From NCBI GenBank assembly GCA_036819575.1, contig DAIRXT010000002.1, positions 1 to 34,699 of the forward strand: a DNA stretch of 34,699 nucleotides, written 5' to 3'. Shown here piece by piece: positions 1-10,375 of this stretch. Both the position numbers and the translations under genes were made by a program. The notes beneath the pieces are model-generated. The model saw only the letters and a program-made list of their open reading frames with translations, searched no databases and was not told the DNA's origin. The first letter of the stretch is position 1; every line of letters starts with the position of its first letter. Source of the DNA: Candidatus Nanopelagicales bacterium. Lineage in GTDB: Bacteria; Actinomycetota; Actinomycetes; S36-B12; UBA5976.

Positions 1-828
1 GGTGTGAAGGTTGATATTCCACTACAAGCATATTTCCGTATTAATACTGAAAATATGGGTCAGTTTGAAAGAACTTTGATCATTGTTGACGAAGGTGCCT
101 ATGTTCATTACGTAGAAGGTTGTACTGCACCTGTTTATTCTTCAGATTCATTACATAGCGCAGTTGTGGAAATTATTGTGAAGAAGAATGCACGTTGTCG
201 CTACACCACAATTCAAAACTGGTCAAACAATGTTTACAACTTGGTAACCAAAAGAGCAGTAGCTCAACAAGGTGCCACCATGGAATGGATTGATGGAAAC
301 ATCGGTTCAAAAGTAACCATGAAATATCCAGCTGTTTGGTTAGTGGGAGAACATGCAAAAGGTGAAACAATGTCTGTTGCATTTGCTGGTGAAGGTCAGC
401 ATCAAGATGCTGGTGCAAAAATGGTTCACGCAGCACCTAATACTTCTTCAACAATTATTTCTAAATCAGTTGCCAGAGGTGGCGGAAGAACTTCATATCG
501 CGGTCTAATCCAAGTTAATGAAGGATCTTACAACGCTAAGACAACTGTTAAATGCGATGCATTACTAATCGATGACATTTCTCGCTCAGACACATATCCA
601 TACATTGATTGTCGCGAAGACGATGTCTCAATGGGACATGAAGCAACAGTTTCTCGAATTAGTGAAGACCAGTTGTTCTATTTGATGCAACGAGGTCTTA
701 ACGAAGATGAAGCTGCAGCCATGATCGTGCGCGGGTTTGTTGAACCAATTGCACGTGAATTGCCAATGGAATATGCAATTGAATTAAACAGATTGATCGA
801 ATTGCAAATGGAAGGCGCTGTTGGATGA
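1..828 (+). CDS. sufB: Fe-S cluster assembly protein SufB, C-terminal part (5' end lies outside the window)
   Basis: Frame 1 is open to the window edge. The translation ([52 protein letters not shown]) matches the SufB beta-helix C-terminal half. It is followed by sufD, sufC and sufS. Confidence 0.9.
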   Translation, partial: GVKVDIPLQAYFRINTENMGQFERTLIIVDEGAYVHYVEGCTAPVYSSDSLHSAVVEIIVKKNARCRYTTIQNWSNNVYNLVTKRAVAQQGATMEWIDGNIGSKVTMKYPAVWLVGEHAKGETMSVAFAGEGQHQDAGAKMVHAAPNTSSTIISKSVARGGGRTSYRGLIQVNEGSYNAKTTVKCDALLIDDISRSDTYPYIDCREDDVSMGHEATVSRISEDQLFYLMQRGLNEDEAAAMIVRGFVEPIARELPMEYAIELNRLIELQMEGAVG

Positions 829-1967
829 GTACGGCAATACAAGAAAAAGAAATACTCTTCAAAAGCACTGACGCAAGACCTGATCGCATTGCTTCTAGTA
901 ATCCATCAGATTTTGCTGTTCCAAACGGTAGAGAAGAAGAATGGCGCTACACACCACTTAAGCGTTTAGGAAAGCTTCACGAAGAAGTCAAAGCTGATCA
1001 AGAAATCAATTACGAAGTAGTTGCTCCAGCAGGAATTACTTATACAGTTGTTGATCGAAAAGACGTTGCCACAAAATTTCTAGCAACTGATCGAGTTAGC
1101 TCTAGAACTGAGTCTTTATGGAACAAGGCCCTGGTGATTGAAGTTGCCAAGGAATTAGAGACTAAAGACCTAACTTGGGTCAAAATCAATCTTAAAAATG
1201 GTGTGCAATATGGCCACATCATTATCAAAGCAAAATCACACAGCAAAGCAACAATAATTCTTGAACACGTTGGTGAAGGAATTGCTGGTGTTAATTGTGA
1301 AATTATTGCTGAAGATGGTTCCAATATTGATTTCATCACAGTTTTCGATTTAGAGCGAAAAGCTGTTATAGCAAGTGAGCATCAGTTTGTGATAAGTAAA
1401 GATGCAAACATTAGATCTTTAGTAGTTCAACTTGGTGGAGATATCGTTCGCTATGTCCCTAGAGCAAAATTTTCCGGCAATCATGCCAGTGTTGAATTAT
1501 TAGGAGTATTTTTAGCAACTCGAGGACAATTCTTTGAAAATAGAGTTTTTGTTGACCACAATATGAAGGATTGCAAAAGCAATGTTTTGTATCGTGGTGG
1601 AGCCCACGGTGAAGGAAGTCACACCGTTTGGGTGGGAGATGTTTTAATTCGAAAGATCGCCACTGGAACAAACACTTACGAAATGAATCGCAATTTGTTG
1701 TTAGACAATGGCGCAAGAGCAGATTCTGTACCAAATCTTGAAATTGAAACAGGAGAAGTTGAAAAAGCTGGGCACGCAAGTGTTACAGGCAGATTAGATG
1801 ATGATCAATTGTTCTATTTAATGTCAAGAGGAATTGATGAACACACAGCAAGACAACTTGTTATTGAAGGTTTCTTTGCTGGCATATTTGGTGAATTTAG
1901 TCATCCAGAACTAAAAGAGAGATTAAATGATCGCTTAAATGCGGCTATTGAAAGATCCACCAAATGA
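825..1967 (+). CDS. sufD: Fe-S cluster assembly protein SufD
   Basis: ATGA start/stop overlap with sufB. The C-terminal [23 protein letters not shown] is paralogous to the SufB motif. Position in the operon fits. Confidence 0.85.
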   Translation: MSTAIQEKEILFKSTDARPDRIASSNPSDFAVPNGREEEWRYTPLKRLGKLHEEVKADQEINYEVVAPAGITYTVVDRKDVATKFLATDRVSSRTESLWNKALVIEVAKELETKDLTWVKINLKNGVQYGHIIIKAKSHSKATIILEHVGEGIAGVNCEIIAEDGSNIDFITVFDLERKAVIASEHQFVISKDANIRSLVVQLGGDIVRYVPRAKFSGNHASVELLGVFLATRGQFFENRVFVDHNMKDCKSNVLYRGGAHGEGSHTVWVGDVLIRKIATGTNTYEMNRNLLLDNGARADSVPNLEIETGEVEKAGHASVTGRLDDDQLFYLMSRGIDEHTARQLVIEGFFAGIFGEFSHPELKERLNDRLNAAIERSTK

Positions 1968-2284
1968 CCAATTGGAATGCTGTAGGAAAAGTTTCTGACT
2001 TTGCCATGGGATCTGCCAAAGCAATTGATTTAAATGGTGAAACTATTTGTTTAGTTAGAAACAAAAATGGCTTTCATGCCATTTCTGATGCTTGCTCTCA
2101 TGGCGCAGTTTCTTTAAGTGAGGGAAGTGTTACAGATGAAGGAATTGAATGTTTTTTGCATGGATCGGAATTTAATTTGCAAACAGGGGAACCAAAAACT
2201 CCTCCAGCAACAAGTGCGGTTGATGTATTTGCAGTGCAAGTAGAAGGCGACGGCGACAATGCTGTTGTCTCAGTGAGAATATAA
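1964..2284 (+). CDS. Rieske-type [2Fe-2S] ferredoxin (non-heme iron oxygenase ferredoxin-subunit-like)
   Basis: Carries the CxH and CxxH ligand pairs (ACSHG and CFLHGSEF) in a 106-aa protein. ATGA overlap with sufD. Confidence 0.8.
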   Translation: MTNWNAVGKVSDFAMGSAKAIDLNGETICLVRNKNGFHAISDACSHGAVSLSEGSVTDEGIECFLHGSEFNLQTGEPKTPPATSAVDVFAVQVEGDGDNAVVSVRI

Positions 2285-2297
2285 AGAAGAGGAAAAT

Positions 2298-3062
2298 ATG
2301 TCTGAATTAGTAATTAAAGGTTTACACGTCACAGTTGAAACAGATGACGGTGTTAAAGAAATTTTAAGAGGTGTTGATTTAACAATCACCTCTGGACAAA
2401 CACATGCAATCATGGGACCTAATGGTTCTGGAAAATCAACTTTGGCTTATGCCGTAGCAGGACATCCTAAGTACACAATTTCATCTGGATCAGTAACTCT
2501 TGATGGTGAAGATGTTTTGGAAATGTCTGTTGATGAAAGAGCAAAAGCTGGCCTATTTTTAGCAATGCAATACCCAGTGGAAATTCCTGGAGTTTCTGTA
2601 AGTAATTTCTTACGTTCATCTCTTACAGCTTTGCGTGGTGAGGCACCAAAATTGCGTGAATGGATTAAAGAAATGAACGAAGCCATGAAAGAAATTGGCA
2701 TGGACCAAGCATTTTCTGAAAGAAATGTTAACGAAGGATTTTCTGGTGGAGAAAAGAAGCGCCATGAAATCTTGCAACTTGAATTAATGAAACCAAAAAT
2801 CGCGATCCTTGATGAAACAGATTCCGGATTAGACGTTGATGCTTTGAGAATTGTGTCAGAAGGAATCAATCGTACTGTTGCAAAAAATAACACTGGCGTT
2901 CTACTCATTACGCATTACACCAGAATTCTTCGCTACGTAAAACCAGACAAAGTAAGTGTTTTTGTCGACGGAAAAGTAGTAGCAACCGGTGGACAAGAAT
3001 TAGCTGAAGAACTCGAAGCTAACGGATACGTTAAGTTCTCAAAAGCGACAGCTGGGGCATGA
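2298..3062 (+). CDS. sufC: Fe-S cluster assembly ATPase SufC
   Basis: Walker A GPNGSGKST, signature FSGGEKKR, Walker B ILDETDSGLD and H-loop ITHY. An AGAGGAA Shine-Dalgarno sequence lies upstream. Confidence 0.95.
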   Translation: MSELVIKGLHVTVETDDGVKEILRGVDLTITSGQTHAIMGPNGSGKSTLAYAVAGHPKYTISSGSVTLDGEDVLEMSVDERAKAGLFLAMQYPVEIPGVSVSNFLRSSLTALRGEAPKLREWIKEMNEAMKEIGMDQAFSERNVNEGFSGGEKKRHEILQLELMKPKIAILDETDSGLDVDALRIVSEGINRTVAKNNTGVLLITHYTRILRYVKPDKVSVFVDGKVVATGGQELAEELEANGYVKFSKATAGA

Positions 3063-4354
3063 CAACAACGGATTTGAAACACAAGTTGGATATTAAAAAA
3101 ATCCAACTTGATTTTCCAATCCTGTCAAGAGAAGTTAGAAATAACAGGAAATTAATCTATTTAGATAGTGCTGCTACTTCTCAAAAACCTCAAGTTGTAA
3201 TTGATGCTCAGAATAATTTCTATGAAACCATTAATTCAGGTGTTCATAGAGGTGCTTACTATTTAGCAGAATTAGCAACTGATGCTCACGAAAAAGCAAG
3301 AGAGATAATCTCAGGATTTATCAATATCAAGCCGGATCAATTGATTTTTACCAAGAATGCCACTGAATCATTGAACTTACTTTCGTATTCATTTCTTAAT
3401 GCCACTATGAAAGCAAAAAACGGTATTGCTATGGATAAAAGATTAATACTTAATCCCGGTGATGAAATATTGGTGACTGAATTAGAGCACCACGCCAATT
3501 TAGTTCCTTGGCAGGAATTGTGTCTCAAAACTGGTGCAGTTTTACGTTGGATTCCAATTACGGATCAAGGAATACTTGATTACAGCAAGATAGGTTCATT
3601 GATTAGTAATAAAACAAAAGTTGTATCTGTTTCTCATATGAGTAATGTGCTTGGTTCCATAACTGACATCGAAACAGTAAGTAAAGCTGCTAAATCTGTG
3701 GGAGCTTTCTTTTTTATTGATGCTTGCCAATCAGTTCCTCACATGCCAGTTGATTTCAACAATCTTGGAGCCGATGCGATTGCTTGGTCTGGACATAAAA
3801 TGCTTGGTCCATTAGGAATTGGTCTTCTTGGTGCCACTGAAGAACTTTTGTCAATCATGCCTCCATTTATAAGTGGTGGCTCAATGATTGAAACAGTTTC
3901 AATGGAAAAATCAACTTTTTCAAAAGCTCCAAGAAAATTTGAAGCCGGAACTCCACCTGCAGCAGAAGCTGTTGGGCTAGGTGCCGCTGTTGAGTATTTG
4001 CAAAATATTGGAATGGAAAATGTTCACAGTCACGAGCGTCATCTAACTAAATTGTTATTAGATGGCTTAAAACAAATTGATGGCGTAACAATTTATGGGC
4101 CAACCGATGACAGAGATCGCGGCAGCACAGTTTCATTTGCACTTGATGGATTGCATCCTCATGATGTTGGACAAGTTTTAGATGACATGGGAATTGCAGT
4201 TCGAGTTGGTAATCACTGTGCTCGACCAATTATGGACAAACTAAAAGTTCAATCAACCACACGTGCCAGCACTTATATTTATAACGATGATTCAGACATT
4301 AAAGCCTTAATTGATGGAATTGAAGAAGTCTTTAGATTCTTTGGTAGGAAATAA
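3059..4354 (+). CDS. sufS: Cysteine desulfurase SufS (class V aminotransferase)
   Basis: PLP-lysine motif SGHKMLGP, catalytic-Cys motif RVGNHCARP and the ELEHHANLVPWQ motif. ATGA overlap with sufC. Confidence 0.9.
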   Translation: MTTTDLKHKLDIKKIQLDFPILSREVRNNRKLIYLDSAATSQKPQVVIDAQNNFYETINSGVHRGAYYLAELATDAHEKAREIISGFINIKPDQLIFTKNATESLNLLSYSFLNATMKAKNGIAMDKRLILNPGDEILVTELEHHANLVPWQELCLKTGAVLRWIPITDQGILDYSKIGSLISNKTKVVSVSHMSNVLGSITDIETVSKAAKSVGAFFFIDACQSVPHMPVDFNNLGADAIAWSGHKMLGPLGIGLLGATEELLSIMPPFISGGSMIETVSMEKSTFSKAPRKFEAGTPPAAEAVGLGAAVEYLQNIGMENVHSHERHLTKLLLDGLKQIDGVTIYGPTDDRDRGSTVSFALDGLHPHDVGQVLDDMGIAVRVGNHCARPIMDKLKVQSTTRASTYIYNDDSDIKALIDGIEEVFRFFGRK

Positions 4355-4800
4355 TGCAGCTTTCAAACATGTACCAAGAAGTAATCCTTGATCACTACAA
4401 GTCACCGCGTGGCAAAGGTTTAAAAGAACCTTTCGGGGGAGAGGCTCATCATGTTAATCCAACTTGCGGAGATGAAATTACGGTAAGAGTTCAATTAAGT
4501 AAAGATGGCAAAACAATTGAAAAACTGTCTTATGACTCAACTGGTTGCTCCATCAGTCAAGCATCAGCAAGCATCATGTTTGAACAGGTTGATGGAAAAA
4601 AGATTGACGAATTTAACCAATCAAGTGATGAGTTTTTGGCAATGATGCAAAGTAAGGGAAATTTCGAACCAAATGAAGATCTTTTGGGAGATGGGGTTTC
4701 CATGATTGGGGTGGCGCAATATCCAGCCCGAATAAAGTGTGCCCTGCTTTCTTGGATGGCGGCAAAAGATGCAATTATTAGAGCAAATGGAGAAAAATAA
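4354..4800 (+). CDS. sufU: SufU-type Fe-S/sulfur-transfer scaffold (NifU N-terminal domain family)
   Basis: Three conserved Cys contexts: NPTCGDE, GCSISQASAS and ARIKCALL. TAATG junction with sufS. Confidence 0.85.
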   Translation: MQLSNMYQEVILDHYKSPRGKGLKEPFGGEAHHVNPTCGDEITVRVQLSKDGKTIEKLSYDSTGCSISQASASIMFEQVDGKKIDEFNQSSDEFLAMMQSKGNFEPNEDLLGDGVSMIGVAQYPARIKCALLSWMAAKDAIIRANGEK

Positions 4801-5123
4801 TGACAACTGATACAAAAGCATCATCTGAAAATGTTTATGAAGCATTACATGATGTGGTCGACCCTGAGTTAGGAATCAACGTAGTTGATTTAGGTTTAAT
4901 TTATGGGGTTGAAGTAAAAGATGATGGATCAGCAGTTATTGATATGACTTTGACTTCTGCAGCTTGTCCTTTAACAGATGTAATTGAAGATCAAACTAAA
5001 GCTGCACTAAATGGAATTGTTAACGGATTCAGCATTAATTGGGTGTGGATGCCACCTTGGGGTCCAGATAAAATTACTGATGAAGGCCGACAAATGCTTC
5101 GCGCATTGGGATTCAACCTCTAA
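4800..5123 (+). CDS. sufT: DUF59/SufT-type Fe-S assembly accessory protein
   Basis: DVVDPELGINVVDLGLIY and TLTSAACPL motifs typical of DUF59 (MIP18/PaaD-like). It is the last gene of the suf operon, joined by TAATG. Confidence 0.8.
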   Translation: MTTDTKASSENVYEALHDVVDPELGINVVDLGLIYGVEVKDDGSAVIDMTLTSAACPLTDVIEDQTKAALNGIVNGFSINWVWMPPWGPDKITDEGRQMLRALGFNL

Positions 5124-5157
5124 ACACATTTCACCGCAAGACTAGACTCTGTAACAA

Positions 5158-7023
5158 ATGAGTCAAATGCAAATGTGGGAAACCTATCGTTCTCTCACGC
5201 GTGATGGCAGTGTTAAAAAGCGTGGTATCAAAAATGGCACAGTAAATAGAGTTTTAGGTTATGCCAAACCCCTTAAAAAAGATATTTCATTTCTAATTTT
5301 TATTGTTGTAATCGATGCGTTTCTGGTTATTGCTCAGCCTTTGCTTTTCAAGCGAATAGTTGATGATGGCATTTCTGCAGGTAATAGAAGTGTTGTAATT
5401 TATACAGCGATAATGGTTGGCTTTCTAGCCATCTTTTCAGCTGGTTTAAGCATTGTGACCAGAATGTTTAGTTCTCGAATAGGTGAAGGATTAATTCTTA
5501 CGCTACGAGGACAAGTGTTTAATCATGTACAGGCTCAACCAATAGCCTTTTTTACCAGAACTCAGACTGGTTCTTTAATTTCAAGAGTAAATGGCGATGT
5601 TATTGGAGCCCAGCAGGCTTTTACTTCAACACTTAGCGGAGTAATTTCTAATGGAATAAGTCTAGTAATTGTTCTGGGAACAATGTTAATTCTTTCCTGG
5701 GAAATCACACTCACATCATTAATTCTGTTACCAGTCTTTCTTATTCCGGCCAAATGGATGGGTAAAAAAGTCCAATCCTTGAGTCGAGAACAAATGGTAT
5801 TAAATGCCGAGATGAGTCAGACAATGACTGAAAGATTTAACGTTTCTGGTGCTTTATTAGTGAAGTTATTTGGCGATCCAGCAGTTGAAGGAAGCAACTT
5901 CTATCGAAAGGCATCGCGAGTAAAAGATATTGGAATCAAAATTTCAATGACAAATACCGTGTTTTTTGTAGGACTTACAACAGTTGCAACTATTGCAACA
6001 GCCATTGTTTATGGTTTTGGTGGATCTCTGGTTATTTCAGAAGTTCTAACACTTGGAACATTACTTGCACTAACTGCATTGTTAGCAAGACTCTATGGTC
6101 CATTGACTGCTCTGTCTAATGTTCGAGTAGATGTTATGACGGCTTTAGTTTCTTTCGAGCGAGTTTTTGAAGTATTAGATTTAGAGCCTCTGGTCAAGGA
6201 TTCGCAAAATCCTCAGAAATTACCAAGTGGTGCTCTTGATATTGAGTTCAAAAATGTTTCATTTACTTACCCAAGTAGAGGAGATGTTGGCCTTGAATCA
6301 CTTGAACTTGCCAGTGATGGACGAGTTGACAATGAAGTAAACAATGTTGTTTTACAAGATGTTTCCTTTAAAGTCCCATCTGGAACGATGCTGGCTCTTG
6401 TTGGACCCAGTGGCAGTGGCAAAACAACAATCTCTCAATTGATTTCAAGACTTTATGATCCAAGTCAAGGAGAAATACGAATTGGCCAGATCAACATCAA
6501 GGACGTTGTTAGAGCAGATTTGCGTGACACAATTGGTGTTGTAACACAAGACTCTCATTTGTTTCATGATTCAATCAAAACTAATTTGAAGTATGCCAAA
6601 GAAGACGCTACCGATGATGAAATTTGGCGAGCTTTAGAAAGTGCGCAAATTGGCGATTTCGTAAAAAGTCTTCCAGATAAATTGGAGACAATCGTAGGAG
6701 ATCGCGGCTATCGATTAAGCGGTGGAGAGAAACAAAGAATTGCAATAGCGCGAGTATTTTTAAAACAACCTCGAATAGTAATTCTAGATGAAGCAACTGC
6801 TCATTTGGATAATGAGAATGAAGCCGCAGTCCAGGAAGCTTTGTCAACTGTGTTGCAGGGAAGAACTTCTGTGGTCATTGCCCATAGGTTGTCAACGATC
6901 ATAAATGCTGAACAAATCGCTGTCATTAAAGACGGGAAATTAGTTTCGATTGGGAAGCACTCAGAATTACTTAAGAATAACGAAGTGTATGCAGATCTAT
7001 ATAATCAAATAACAATCAAATAG
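5158..7023 (+). CDS. ABC exporter with fused permease and ATPase (MsbA/MdlB-like)
   Basis: N-terminal half is hydrophobic with about 6 TM segments. C-terminal half has Walker A GPSGSGKTT, signature LSGGEKQR and Walker B IVILDEATAHLD. Substrate unknown. Confidence 0.85.
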   Translation: MSQMQMWETYRSLTRDGSVKKRGIKNGTVNRVLGYAKPLKKDISFLIFIVVIDAFLVIAQPLLFKRIVDDGISAGNRSVVIYTAIMVGFLAIFSAGLSIVTRMFSSRIGEGLILTLRGQVFNHVQAQPIAFFTRTQTGSLISRVNGDVIGAQQAFTSTLSGVISNGISLVIVLGTMLILSWEITLTSLILLPVFLIPAKWMGKKVQSLSREQMVLNAEMSQTMTERFNVSGALLVKLFGDPAVEGSNFYRKASRVKDIGIKISMTNTVFFVGLTTVATIATAIVYGFGGSLVISEVLTLGTLLALTALLARLYGPLTALSNVRVDVMTALVSFERVFEVLDLEPLVKDSQNPQKLPSGALDIEFKNVSFTYPSRGDVGLESLELASDGRVDNEVNNVVLQDVSFKVPSGTMLALVGPSGSGKTTISQLISRLYDPSQGEIRIGQINIKDVVRADLRDTIGVVTQDSHLFHDSIKTNLKYAKEDATDDEIWRALESAQIGDFVKSLPDKLETIVGDRGYRLSGGEKQRIAIARVFLKQPRIVILDEATAHLDNENEAAVQEALSTVLQGRTSVVIAHRLSTIINAEQIAVIKDGKLVSIGKHSELLKNNEVYADLYNQITIK

Positions 7024-7025
7024 AA

Positions 7026-7721
7026 CTATTTATTTTCATTCTTTAATAGAACATACCAGCCAATTGGCAGCATGAGAGCAAATAATATCCATTGAATTGC
7101 GTAACTAAAGTGTGGACCATTTGATAATTCGGGAAGCGGGATTATTGCTACTTGATTATCCATGGGAGTCATGGAAGCTAGTTGTAGGTAACTTGTTGAT
7201 AAAGGTTGCGAACTAAAATTGGTTGAATTTAAATGGTTTATTTGGTTAAGTGGAAGATCTTCTGGCTCGCTTCTAGTGTCTTTTAATGTCTGTACGTATC
7301 CAATAATTGTTACATCACCTTGTGGTGAAGACGGAATTTCCTGCTGAGAAGTCGACGATTCTGCTATTGGAATCCATCCTCGATTAACAAGAATTACTTG
7401 GTCATTGTCTAACTTAAGTGGTGTTATTACCCAGAAGCCAAGACTGCTTTCTAAATACTGTCTTCTTAAAAGTTTCGCATCCGAATCCATAAATTCACCC
7501 TTTAAGGAAACTTTCTGCCAATCCTTGAGCTCTGATACTTGGGATAGATCAGTTAGCTTTATCGGCTCTGAATTGAGCGCTGTTGTTGTGATTTCATTGT
7601 TTTGAATTCTTGTGTTGTAGCGATCAAATTGCCAATCTGACAAACGAATAAACAGATAAATCATTATGAGAAGGAAAGCTGTCAAAGCAATCCATCGAGG
7701 TTTCGTTAGATTTTTAAACAT
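7026..7721 (-). CDS. SURF1-family cytochrome oxidase assembly protein
   Basis: N- and C-terminal TM helices, WQFDRY near the N-terminus and the LVNRGWIP motif characteristic of SURF1/Shy1. Confidence 0.75.
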   Translation of the reverse strand: MFKNLTKPRWIALTAFLLIMIYLFIRLSDWQFDRYNTRIQNNEITTTALNSEPIKLTDLSQVSELKDWQKVSLKGEFMDSDAKLLRRQYLESSLGFWVITPLKLDNDQVILVNRGWIPIAESSTSQQEIPSSPQGDVTIIGYVQTLKDTRSEPEDLPLNQINHLNSTNFSSQPLSTSYLQLASMTPMDNQVAIIPLPELSNGPHFSYAIQWILFALMLPIGWYVLLKNENK

Positions 7722-7750
7722 GATGATACAAACAGATTACCTTGATTAAG

Positions 7751-8044
7751 TTACTTATTGTTTCCAGTATCAATTTGCCTGGTTGGTGATTCTGGCGCTT
7801 TTGAGTTAAAAAAGAAATTCTCGCGACCCGCATTGGCAATCACAACAGCGATGTAGGGTAAAAAGATCGCCCCAAAAATCAAAACCCATCTCAAATTTCC
7901 TTGTGCGAATACAGCTCCTACAAAGCAAATGGTTCGCAAACTCATTGATATCAAATATCTTTTTTTGCGACCTGCTTGATCAAAACTTAAAGGGGTAGAT
8001 GCCGAAGTAATGGCGTATACAGGTGGTTGTTCTTGATTTGTCAT
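7751..8044 (-). CDS. Small two-TM membrane protein, DUF3099-like
   Basis: 97 aa. ITSA...RKKRYLISMSLRTICF...LPYIAVVIANAGRE resembles the actinobacterial DUF3099 family as I recall it. Not verifiable here. Confidence 0.5.
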   Translation of the reverse strand: MTNQEQPPVYAITSASTPLSFDQAGRKKRYLISMSLRTICFVGAVFAQGNLRWVLIFGAIFLPYIAVVIANAGRENFFFNSKAPESPTRQIDTGNNK

Positions 8045-8162
8045 CTTGATTCCTTCGTCATAAACCCAACGCTACGCTAGAAATAAGAATTTGGCGATTT
8101 AGAGGCCCGTAAATCTGGGCTTCAAACCAATAATCAGGCATCTACGAGGTAAGTTACAAGGT

Positions 8163-8873
8163 ATGTCAACATCTGGTGTTGTATTCGTCACAGGCGGAAA
8201 TCGTGGCATTGGCTTGGCAATCGCCAAGAGATTTGCAAAAGATGGTTTCAAAGTAGCGGTTTCTTATCGTGAACAAAAACCTAAGGAAGATTTTTATTTA
8301 GTTAAAGCAGATGTCACGGATAGTAAGAGTATTGATGCAGCAATAGATGAAATTGAGAAAAACCTTGGTCCTCTAGAAGTCGTAGTGATAAATGCTGGAA
8401 CCAACAAAGATTCTCTTGCAATGCGATTAGAAGATGACGATATGCAAAAAATTATTGACACAAATTTAATGGGATCTCTAAGAGTTGCTAGAAGAAGTGT
8501 TAAGTCAATGATCAAGAACAGAAAAGGTCGAATTATTTTTATTGGTTCTGTTGTTGGTTTATTGGGCTCTCCAGGACAAATGGTTTATGCAAGTACCAAA
8601 GCAGGTCTTATCGGGGCTGCGCGATCACTTGCTCGAGAAGTAGGAGTCAGGGGAGTAACTGTAAATGTTGTTGCGCCTGGCTATGTGGATACAGACATGA
8701 CGCAAGATCTAGATCAGGCAAGAAAAGATATGATCACTACAAGCACTCCACTTGGCAGAACTGCAAGTGCTGATGAAGTTGCAGGTGTTGTGAGATTTCT
8801 GGCGTCAGAAGATGCCTCATACATAACAGGAGCAGTTATACCTGTTGATGGTGGATTAGGAATGGGACATTAA
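8163..8873 (+). CDS. fabG: 3-oxoacyl-ACP reductase (MabA/FabG1-like SDR)
   Basis: TGGNRGIG Rossmann motif and catalytic YASTKAG (YxxxK). Lies immediately upstream of an InhA-type gene, as in the mycobacterial mabA-inhA pair. Confidence 0.85.
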   Translation: MSTSGVVFVTGGNRGIGLAIAKRFAKDGFKVAVSYREQKPKEDFYLVKADVTDSKSIDAAIDEIEKNLGPLEVVVINAGTNKDSLAMRLEDDDMQKIIDTNLMGSLRVARRSVKSMIKNRKGRIIFIGSVVGLLGSPGQMVYASTKAGLIGAARSLAREVGVRGVTVNVVAPGYVDTDMTQDLDQARKDMITTSTPLGRTASADEVAGVVRFLASEDASYITGAVIPVDGGLGMGH

Positions 8874-8876
8874 TAA

Positions 8877-9644
8877 ATGGGAATAATGCAGGGTAAAACA
8901 ATTCTTGTAACAGGTGTACTTACAGATCATTCCATTGCATTTTCAGTTGCAAAAATAATTCAAGAAGAAGGTGGAACCGTAATTCTTAGTTCTTTTGGAC
9001 GAGCCATGGGCGCTACAGAAAGAGCTAATGGACGATTACCTCAACCTGCCAAAATTTTGGAACTAGATGTCACAAATGAAGAACATTTAGCCAATCTTCC
9101 AGCTGAATTGAAAAAGATTTCTCCAACCATTGATGGAGTTGTTCACGCAATTGGTTTTGCACCACAATCTGCACTTGGTGGAAATTTCTTGAATACCGAG
9201 TGGCCAGATGTTGCCACCGCACTTCATGTTTCGGCTTACTCTTTTAAATCTTTATCAATGGCTTGCGTTGATTTAATGCCCAACGGAGGAAGTGTTGTCG
9301 GTCTTGATTTTGATGCCACAGTTTCATGGCCTCAATATGACTGGATGGGTGTTGCCAAAGCTGCTTTGGAATCAACTTCAAGATACTTAGCTAGACATTT
9401 AGGTCCTAAAAATATTCGTGTTAACTTAATAGCCGCAGGTCCACTCAATACTGTTGCTGCAAAACATATTCCTGGATTTGAAAAATTTGAAGAAGCTTGG
9501 GCTGCAAGATCACCTTTAGGTTGGAAGATCTCAGATCCAGTTCCTTCAGCTAAAGCAGTAGTTGCGTTGCTTTCAGATTGGTTTCCTGCAACATCTGGTG
9601 AGATCATTCATGTTGATGGCGGCTACCATTCCATGGGTGCTTAA
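8877..9644 (+). CDS. inhA: NADH-dependent enoyl-ACP reductase (InhA/FabI type)
   Basis: WPQYDWMGVAKAALESTSRYLARHLG closely parallels the InhA active-site Tyr/Lys segment (YNWMTVAKSALES). Starts 3 nt after fabG. Confidence 0.85.
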   Translation: MGIMQGKTILVTGVLTDHSIAFSVAKIIQEEGGTVILSSFGRAMGATERANGRLPQPAKILELDVTNEEHLANLPAELKKISPTIDGVVHAIGFAPQSALGGNFLNTEWPDVATALHVSAYSFKSLSMACVDLMPNGGSVVGLDFDATVSWPQYDWMGVAKAALESTSRYLARHLGPKNIRVNLIAAGPLNTVAAKHIPGFEKFEEAWAARSPLGWKISDPVPSAKAVVALLSDWFPATSGEIIHVDGGYHSMGA

Positions 9645-10375
9645 CTAGATTTTTCCAAAGCATAATTAACAACAGCAGACAAACCTTTTCTACAAGTTTG
9701 ATTTAAATCTTGTATTGGGTTTGACCACATTGATTGTTTAGTAGCGCTAAATGAATTAATCTCATTTTCTAAAGCAAACTCTGTTATGGCAAGTACTCTT
9801 AAAAGTCTTCCTAAAAGAAATGTCACTCTCGTAGGTTGATCATCGGGATATGCCTGAACTGAAATATCGTGCTCAAGATCGATTAGAAAGTCATGGGCGT
9901 CTTGGTTTCCGTGCACCAAATCGAAAGCTTCTATCTCATCACTAGTTTCGTGGAGAAGATCTGAGAGTTGTTTATCCATGTCTTGCCAACTACTTGTTAG
10001 GGCAACTGGTTCTTTAAGTCTTTTTGTGGCAATCCAGTAATTTGCTTCCTCATGAATTCCTAATACTTCTCCACCTCTGGTTGTAATTACGTGTCCAAGT
10101 TCCAAAGCAACATCAACGAATTCATCACTGCCAATAATGAAATCCATATTTCCTGTTCTCGGGAAATGGCATCGAAGAGCAGTTGTTCCTGATTTTCTGC
10201 AGTTTGATAAAAAAATTGCTAAAGATTCTTGGTTTAGAACAGTAGAAACTGTTCTTGGTGCATCAGAAATACAATCAACGGCTCTTTCGAGGGTTTCTCT
10301 TCCTTGCATGAAAGCAGTACCCCAAATAGTCAAGGAGATGCTGGTGGGCACATTTTGAAACATTTGGGCTTTCAT
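9641..10375 (-). CDS. Hypothetical protein, 244 aa, acidic and soluble, no family recognised
   Basis: Long uninterrupted ORF that fills the gap between inhA and the next divergent gene. No motif I can assign. Coding status rests on length, fit and local codon style. Confidence 0.5.
   Translation of the reverse strand: MKAQMFQNVPTSISLTIWGTAFMQGRETLERAVDCISDAPRTVSTVLNQESLAIFLSNCRKSGTTALRCHFPRTGNMDFIIGSDEFVDVALELGHVITTRGGEVLGIHEEANYWIATKRLKEPVALTSSWQDMDKQLSDLLHETSDEIEAFDLVHGNQDAHDFLIDLEHDISVQAYPDDQPTRVTFLLGRLLRVLAITEFALENEINSFSATKQSMWSNPIQDLNQTCRKGLSAVVNYALEKSS

Noticed and set aside
1-828. Possibility of an intein in sufB, as in M. tuberculosis SufB
   Set aside because: The visible C-terminal 274 residues are colinear with intein-free SufB. 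The usual insertion region lies upstream of the window, so nothing can be said either way.
2447-2908. 153-aa ORF antisense to sufC
   Set aside because: Open antisense frames are a recurrent artefact opposite ABC ATPase genes. The SufC motifs on the plus strand are unambiguous, and the antisense product has no family features.
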